This document shows positions 59,131 through 64,000 of a DNA stretch of 64,000 nt, piece by piece. The notes under the pieces were generated by a model that saw only the letters and a program-made list of their open reading frames with translations, did not search any database and was not told where the DNA came from. The stretch is from positions 10,213 to 74,212 of the forward strand of contig CAZLNP010000001.1 of assembly GCA_964561085.1 (NCBI GenBank), written 5' to 3'. The DNA comes from an uncultured Candidatus Saccharibacteria bacterium. Lineage in GTDB: Bacteria; Patescibacteriota; Doudnabacteria; UBA920. Numbering within the stretch: the first letter of the stretch is position 1; each line of letters starts with the position of its first letter. The position numbers were made by a program, and so were the translations under genes.

Positions 59131-61053
59131 TTGCTAAGGGTTTATAGTTGGGTGAGCCGTGGAGGCTACTTACGTAAACAGCAATATCTAATCAATTGCG
59201 ATGTCTCGGGTAAAAGGTGCGCGCATCTTCCGACTTACGTTGCCAAACTTAATTTAAATATGAAACGAACCACAACTACTGGTCTTAAGCCAGTGCGTAC
59301 CTATGAACGTGCGCAGCTTTTTAGTGACAAACTAGATAGTGCCGTGAGCGCTGAGGACTCTAACAAATCCGAGCCGTTGCCAGCTACTCAAAACACTTTG
59401 CGAATAATTCCGTTTGGTGGAGTTGAGGAAATTGGTATCAACATGACAGCTTATGAATACGGCGATGACATTATCATTGTCGATATGGGTCTAGGATTTC
59501 CCGAGAAAAAATATTCAGGAATCAATTATATTATTCCGAACTATCAATGGCTGGAAGAAAACAAGAAGCGAATCCGCGCGGTAATAATTACTCATGCGCA
59601 CATGGATCACATTGGGGCTATCCCCTACATTCTTCCCCGCCTTGGCAATCCTCCGCTTTACAGCATGCCACTTTCAATTGGATTTATTAAAAGCCGTCTA
59701 CAAGAATTTAATTTGATAGAACAGTTGCCTCTGCACGCCATTTCTCAAGATGATGTTCTGCGCTTTGGAAACTTCACTGTGGAATTTTTCCGCGTGAACC
59801 ATAATATTCCTGACAGTGTTGGGCTCGCAATTAGCAGTCCAGCCGGCCGAGTAATTCACACCGGTGATTGGAAGTTAGACTTTACCCCTGGAGACCAGCA
59901 ACCCGCAGAAATGGATAAGCTGGCGAAATGGGGTGGTGAAGGCGTATTAGCCCTCCTTTCTGACTCTACCAACGCCCAGAAGCCAGGTTTTTGTGCCTCT
60001 GAAGCCCAACTGCATGACGCTCTTGAACAAATGTTTAGCCAAGCCAAAGACCGCATAATCTTTACCAGCAATGCCCTAATTTTAACTCGCATTCAACAGG
60101 TACTAGATATTGCAGTCCGGCTTAACCGTAAGGTTGCCATTGTCGGTCGCTCTATGCAAAACAATATTGAGATCGCTCTAAGTCTCGGGTATATCAAACT
60201 TGTTCCTGGAACAATTGTTTCTACGGCACAAGCCAAGCCTATGCCAGGTAATAAGCTAATCGTTTTAACAACCGGAGCTCAAGGAGAAGATAATGCTGCG
60301 TTAGCACGGGCCGCTGATGGTAGTCATAGAGACTTGCAGCTAAAGCCATCTGACACAGTTGTTATCTCTGCCACCCCTATTCCTGGAAATGAAACCGCCC
60401 AAAGCAATTTAATTTCTGAACTGCTAAAGCAAGGGCTAAATGTAATTCACCACAAACTATTTGATATTCACATTTCAGGCCATGCTCAACAAGAAGAATT
60501 AAAAATGATGATGGATTTGGTTAAGCCTAAACATCTTATCCCGATTCACGGTTATCATAGTTTCTTAACTGCTCATGCGAATTTAGCTATTGGAATGGGA
60601 ATGCCAAAAGAAAATGTTTTCATTGCCCATAACGGAACTGTATTTGAATTCGAATCTGACAAGCCAGCTCGAATGCTCCACAAACGTCTGCCAGCAAGCT
60701 ATGTGCATGTTGATGAAACTGCCATCGGCCAAGTAGACGCGTCTTTGTTCTGCGACAAAGAGGCCATGGCCGCAGCTGGAGTCGTAAGTGTTATTGTAAC
60801 GATAAATTCGGACAAGAAAAAATTAGCGAAAAAATCGGAACTCATAACGCGCGGCTTCACTTACAATAAAAACAGTGGCAGTCTCTTGAGAGAACTAACT
60901 TACGAAGTTGATAAACACGTTGAACAGTATCTGAAAAAGTCCTCAACAAATATAATGACTTTAGAATCAGAGCTTAAAAGTGTTTTAACAACCTATATCT
61001 TGCAAAAAACTGGACGTGAACCTTTGGTTCTGCCAGTTGTTGTGGAAGTTTAG
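59131..61053 (+). CDS. rnj: Ribonuclease J (paralog 2); likely true start is the in-frame ATG near 59260 (MKRTTTT...)
   Basis: Metallo-beta-lactamase HAHMDHIG, beta-CASP, RNase J C-terminal domain; about 60-65 percent identical to paralog 1 over the core. Confidence 0.9.
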   Translation: MLRVYSWVSRGGYLRKQQYLINCDVSGKRCAHLPTYVAKLNLNMKRTTTTGLKPVRTYERAQLFSDKLDSAVSAEDSNKSEPLPATQNTLRIIPFGGVEEIGINMTAYEYGDDIIIVDMGLGFPEKKYSGINYIIPNYQWLEENKKRIRAVIITHAHMDHIGAIPYILPRLGNPPLYSMPLSIGFIKSRLQEFNLIEQLPLHAISQDDVLRFGNFTVEFFRVNHNIPDSVGLAISSPAGRVIHTGDWKLDFTPGDQQPAEMDKLAKWGGEGVLALLSDSTNAQKPGFCASEAQLHDALEQMFSQAKDRIIFTSNALILTRIQQVLDIAVRLNRKVAIVGRSMQNNIEIALSLGYIKLVPGTIVSTAQAKPMPGNKLIVLTTGAQGEDNAALARAADGSHRDLQLKPSDTVVISATPIPGNETAQSNLISELLKQGLNVIHHKLFDIHISGHAQQEELKMMMDLVKPKHLIPIHGYHSFLTAHANLAIGMGMPKENVFIAHNGTVFEFESDKPARMLHKRLPASYVHVDETAIGQVDASLFCDKEAMAAAGVVSVIVTINSDKKKLAKKSELITRGFTYNKNSGSLLRELTYEVDKHVEQYLKKSSTNIMTLESELKSVLTTYILQKTGREPLVLPVVVEV

Positions 61054-61060
61054 TTTGATA

Positions 61061-61150
61061 GATGAAAGGTTGCCTACACGAAAACACGTCACCTTCGTCC
61101 TGCTGTGCAGGCCGTGTTCCTATAGTTTTCTTAGTAAGCAACCTTTCATC
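61061..61150 (+). repeat. Conserved structured element copy 2 (90-nt extended hairpin) immediately 3' of RNase J2
   Basis: Outer stem gatgaaaggttgc / gcaacctttcatc; inner core acgaaaacacgtcaccttcgtcctgctgtgcaggccgtgttcctatagttttc. Confidence 0.6.
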
Positions 61151-61165
61151 AACAAGTAATCTTCA

Positions 61166-61217
61166 AAAAATAAGAGCGGCCGATTCAACACGTGATGTGT
61201 TGTCTCGACCGCTTTTT
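61166..61217. terminator. Bidirectional terminator hairpin, repeat copy A
   Basis: aaaaataagagcggccgattcaacac-gtgat-gtgttgtctcgaccgcttttt. Confidence 0.65.
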
Positions 61218-61219
61218 GA

Positions 61220-61765
61220 TTAAAAGTCCTCAGGACTTGCCGAAGGCATGGTCACAGGCAAAGATTCGTCTGTGGTAAAGCTGTAGAATAAAGCCTGCGG
61301 ACCTAGCGCCATTTTATACAGCCTATCTAGCTCTAGATCCTCCTCAAGCTGAAGCTTTTTAGCTTTGATCAGCTTGATGGTTTGGCGAACTTCTTTCTGC
61401 ATCCGCATTAGTAAATCGCCGGCATGCTTTTCGGAAAGTTGAGCGTAATTATCCGCCTTGTCAGAGATGAACGTTGGCTTGAGTGGATCCCAATAAACGT
61501 GATCGCATGACCAACCAAAATTGAAGTTGCCAAACTGCTCCAACCTATAAAAGTAGGAGCCGTCAAATTCAATGACATCGGTTGCAATCTCAAATTGCTT
61601 AACCTCTTCCCTAACGCTGATTAGATAGTTAAAGTGCTTGAAGATGTTTCCAAGCCCAGATATGTTTTCTCCCATAATATAAACCCTCTTTTTGTTGATG
61701 TATAAGTACCCAATAGTTGATGTCTTACGACTAAACATAGTAAGACAAATGGTCTTCTGTGTCAA
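61220..61765 (-). CDS. Hypothetical protein; probable true start at 61675 (151 aa, MGENISG...) with good RBS and TTGACA-17-TACTAT promoter upstream
   Basis: ORF flanked on both sides by near-identical terminator hairpins; agaggg RBS 8 nt upstream of the internal ATG. Confidence 0.5.
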   Translation of the reverse strand: MTQKTICLTMFSRKTSTIGYLYINKKRVYIMGENISGLGNIFKHFNYLISVREEVKQFEIATDVIEFDGSYFYRLEQFGNFNFGWSCDHVYWDPLKPTFISDKADNYAQLSEKHAGDLLMRMQKEVRQTIKLIKAKKLQLEEDLELDRLYKMALGPQALFYSFTTDESLPVTMPSASPEDF

Positions 61766-61782
61766 TCTAGCAGAAATTAGAG

Positions 61783-61834
61783 AAAAATAAGAGCGGCCGA
61801 TTCAACACATAGTGTGTTGTCTCGACCGCTTTTT
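61783..61834. terminator. Terminator hairpin, repeat copy B (same arms as copy A, different loop)
   Basis: aaaaataagagcggccgattcaacac-atagt-gtgttgtctcgaccgcttttt. Confidence 0.65.
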
Positions 61835-61839
61835 CTAAG

Positions 61840-62241
61840 CTACTGAAACGCTTCGGCATACATCTTGTCGGCGGCGATTTCTATCCGCTCCTTCCAACGT
61901 TCCATGACATCACGCCGACAAACTGCCATGGCATGATGCTTAAGCAACTCAAGAAACTCTGATCCTGTTTCATCGTCAAATGCAGCACGCTTCTTGCCAA
62001 CGCCCGCAGATACATTATCAATAGACCATTCGAAATAATTTGAATCCAATGCCACAGAAAGTTTTGGGCAAGTTTCTGCGATTCCACTGAAATGCAATTG
62101 CAATGGAATCTGCGGATTGAAGGTCAAGGTGATCTCCTCACCAAAACCCTTTAAGCTCTCAAGGAGCTTTGGGTTTGATTTACACCTTTCCAATAACCAC
62201 ATACAATGTGCGATGATTTTTTCACTTATTGAACTATTCAT
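61840..62241 (-). CDS. Hypothetical protein (133 aa), third gene of a three-gene minus-strand operon
   Basis: aaggaggg RBS; 11-nt gap to the upstream gene. Confidence 0.5.
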   Translation of the reverse strand: MNSSISEKIIAHCMWLLERCKSNPKLLESLKGFGEEITLTFNPQIPLQLHFSGIAETCPKLSVALDSNYFEWSIDNVSAGVGKKRAAFDDETGSEFLELLKHHAMAVCRRDVMERWKERIEIAADKMYAEAFQ

Positions 62242-62252
62242 TTTTCCCTCCT

Positions 62253-62459
62253 TCAGAACTTTCTAGCCGCTTCAGTGCGAAATGAATTTTTAACTGGCCG
62301 ACCCCGGTAAGCACACCTCTTTCTATCGAAAGATACGACTCTCTTCATCCAGCCAGATCCTTTGGAAGTGACTTTTGTCTGATGATGCTTTGACACCTTA
62401 CCGTTCGGCTGCAATGGGACAAGTTTTTCCTTACACTCAGGACAAGTACCGTAGTTCAT
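62253..62459 (-). CDS. Small zinc-ribbon protein (68 aa from the MNYGTCPECK start)
   Basis: gaggag RBS 6 nt upstream of ATG 62459; CPEC...C Cys motif; the longer 62513 start would overlap the upstream gene. Confidence 0.5.
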   Translation of the reverse strand: MNYGTCPECKEKLVPLQPNGKVSKHHQTKVTSKGSGWMKRVVSFDRKRCAYRGRPVKNSFRTEAARKF

Positions 62460-62475
62460 AATTCTCTCCTCAATT

Positions 62476-62886
62476 TCAGAATGTATCATTGTATCCAATC
62501 TTGGAATTTGCATCTGGTGAACTTAAGGTTCCACCTTTCTGCAATCCTAGCATTGGAGCAAGGGTAAACTTAGGTTGCGTCTTTGACGATCCTAAATACT
62601 TTTTCAAGATCATCTTTGCATCTACTGAGCAATTAAACTTACCAGACCACTTTCCAGTGATTTCTATTGATTCCAAATCATTAGGTCGATAGTAAAGATA
62701 GTCAGAGTCGCTTGCGTCAATATAAACGATCACTCTTTTCGGTATCATGGCAAGCTCTTTATCTAACCCAATCTTCTGAATGATGCTTTTTGGGATGGTA
62801 ATAAAGAATCTACCCCTACTCCAATCAAGTGGTAAATAATGATCCAGTTCTCCTGAATCTATAAAATCTTCTTTTTCGCCTCTCAT
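62476..62886 (-). CDS. Hypothetical protein (136 aa), possible AbrB/MazE-like swapped-hairpin segment
   Basis: ggagga RBS 5 nt upstream of ATG 62886; RGRFFITIPKSIIQKIGL resembles the GR.vIPkeiR..LgI of AbrB/SpoVT/MazE (weak). Confidence 0.45.
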   Translation of the reverse strand: MRGEKEDFIDSGELDHYLPLDWSRGRFFITIPKSIIQKIGLDKELAMIPKRVIVYIDASDSDYLYYRPNDLESIEITGKWSGKFNCSVDAKMILKKYLGSSKTQPKFTLAPMLGLQKGGTLSSPDANSKIGYNDTF

Positions 62887-62931
62887 AAATTCCTCCAAAT
62901 TCTAAACTGACTAACCATATTATCCACTTTT

Positions 62932-63921
62932 GTGGTAAAATGTCAATATATGAAACAAGAAACTATCCTCTCTGGAGTTCAAGCTACTGGCCGAATGCAT
63001 ATTGGCAACTACCTGGGAGCACTTAAACAATTCGTAGATATTCAAAATGAAGGCAAACTAAAGTGCTACTTTTTCGTGGCAGATTTGCACGCTTTAACTG
63101 TGCCTCGTGACCCTAAACAGCTTCGCCAAGATACTATTGAAGTTGTAGCGGAATATATTGCCGCGGGGTTAGATCCTGAAAAGTCTGTAATCTTTGTTCA
63201 GAATCATGTTCTTGAACACGCCGAGCTAGCTTGGATTTTTAATTGCATCACTCCAGTTGCCGAACTCAACAAGATGACTCAGTACAAAGATAAAGGCGCT
63301 AAGCAAGAATCGCAAAATGCTGGACTACTCACCTACCCTGTTCTTATGGCGGCAGATATTCTTTTGTACAAACCAAACTTTGTGCCTGTTGGTGAAGACC
63401 AAGTTCAGCACATTGAACTCACTCGCATTGTAGCGCGCAAGTTTAACAAGCAATTTGGTAATGTTTTTCCTGAACCAAAGCCTTTTGAACGCAAACCTTT
63501 GCGTATCATGAGTTTAAAAAACCCTACAAAGAAGATGAGTAAAACTGGTGATGATCCAATTTACTTAGACGATGAGCCAGATGTAATTCACGCCAAGTTA
63601 AAGAAAGCTGTGACTGCTACTGCAGGTGAAGGCAGTGAAGGGGTTGAGAATCTTTTGTATCTTTTGGAAACTTTCGGAGATGCTTCTACTGCTGGTGAAT
63701 TCCGCGCACAAGTAAAAAATGGCACTATTAAATATAGCGAGCTGAAAGCTACTTTAGCAGATGCGATTGCTGACTACTTTGCAGATTTCCGCGAAAAGAA
63801 GAAAGCGCTACTTGAAGACAAGCAACGATTAGCACAAATCTTAGCTGATGGAGCGGCTCGTGCCCGCGAGATAGCGCACGCAACAATGCAGGAAGTAAAA
63901 GAGAAGACGGGATTACTATAG
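62932..63921 (+). CDS. trpS: Tryptophan--tRNA ligase (probable true start at ATG 62950)
   Basis: Class I aaRS HIGH-type TGRMHIGNYLG and KMSKT motifs. Confidence 0.95.
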   Translation: MVKCQYMKQETILSGVQATGRMHIGNYLGALKQFVDIQNEGKLKCYFFVADLHALTVPRDPKQLRQDTIEVVAEYIAAGLDPEKSVIFVQNHVLEHAELAWIFNCITPVAELNKMTQYKDKGAKQESQNAGLLTYPVLMAADILLYKPNFVPVGEDQVQHIELTRIVARKFNKQFGNVFPEPKPFERKPLRIMSLKNPTKKMSKTGDDPIYLDDEPDVIHAKLKKAVTATAGEGSEGVENLLYLLETFGDASTAGEFRAQVKNGTIKYSELKATLADAIADYFADFREKKKALLEDKQRLAQILADGAARAREIAHATMQEVKEKTGLL

Positions 63922-63945
63922 TTTTAAAAAGTTTGCGTATAAAAA

Positions 63946-63982
63946 AATGGCCTACTCTATTTCTAGAGTGGGCCGTTTTTTG
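63946..63982 (+). terminator. Rho-independent terminator of trpS
   Basis: ggcctactctatttctagagtgggcc hairpin followed by gtttttt. Confidence 0.7.
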
Positions 63983-64000
63983 TTTCTGATTTAACCTGTT

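Noticed and set aside
59131-59259. N-terminal 43 codons of the RNase J2 ORF as given in the ORF track (non-ATG start)
   Set aside because: The track start is a non-ATG codon inside the structured inter-paralog spacer. The in-frame ATG near 59260 (MKRTTTT) is more plausible. My hand count of this line was also off by one relative to the track, so coordinates here are uncertain by 1 nt.
1-64000. CRISPR arrays, rRNA genes, additional tRNAs
   Set aside because: No regularly spaced direct repeats were seen. The only GGTTCGAATCC T-loop-like motif seen is in tRNA-Lys. No rRNA-like conserved blocks were seen.

Overview
This is a 64-kb low-GC bacterial chromosomal window with compact genes and a reduced, Gram-positive-like or Patescibacteria/CPR-like gene set. 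That taxonomic call is inference, based on short HrcA/DnaK homologues, a CIRCE operator, RNase J, an LCP protein, DprA/ComEC and the absence of biosynthetic genes; the standard genetic code fits. Core housekeeping genes: a short Rel/SpoT (5' partial), ndk, cyclophilin, comEC, hisS, an ABC exporter, ftsA-ftsZ, rpsU, lepB, an LCP protein, der, pth, dprA, topA, hrcA-grpE-dnaK-dnaJ with a perfect CIRCE operator, a thioredoxin/CcdA/TlpA-like thiol-redox cluster, uvrA, uvrC, secG, an oligopeptide-type substrate-binding protein, two tandem RNase J paralogs and trpS. One tRNA-Lys(UUU) sits at 24376-24451. Immediately downstream of it is an integrated mobile element of about 8.5 kb (roughly 24452-32900). 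It encodes a large serine recombinase, an SF3/P4-type helicase-primase-like P-loop protein, small zinc-ribbon/zf-C4 and possible ArdC-N-like DNA-binding proteins, and two cargo genes of unknown function (one with a protein-kinase-like C-terminus, one acidic 404-aa protein). It has no capsid, terminase or tail genes, so it looks like an integrative plasmid- or satellite-like element rather than a full prophage. The strongest non-coding signal is a ~55-nt conserved core inside a ~90-nt extended hairpin, found directly 3' of each of the two RNase J paralogs. The core is about 90 percent identical between copies, while the outer stems are entirely different in sequence yet both perfectly complementary. 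RNase J1 is also preceded by a consensus sigma70-type promoter and a structured leader of about 200 nt. Other notable items: a catalytically degenerate HisRS-like paralog clustered with two HIT-family proteins and a NUDIX hydrolase; a solo MazF/PemK-like toxin gene; and a cluster of four unannotatable genes (61.2-62.9 kb) in which one gene is flanked by two near-identical 50-nt terminator hairpins. Also notable: a Met-rich membrane-anchored thioredoxin; a 386-nt insert between dnaK and dnaJ with a plus-strand terminator; and a 17-bp-stem/50-nt-loop hairpin between the ABC exporter and ftsZ. No CRISPR array and no rRNA were seen.
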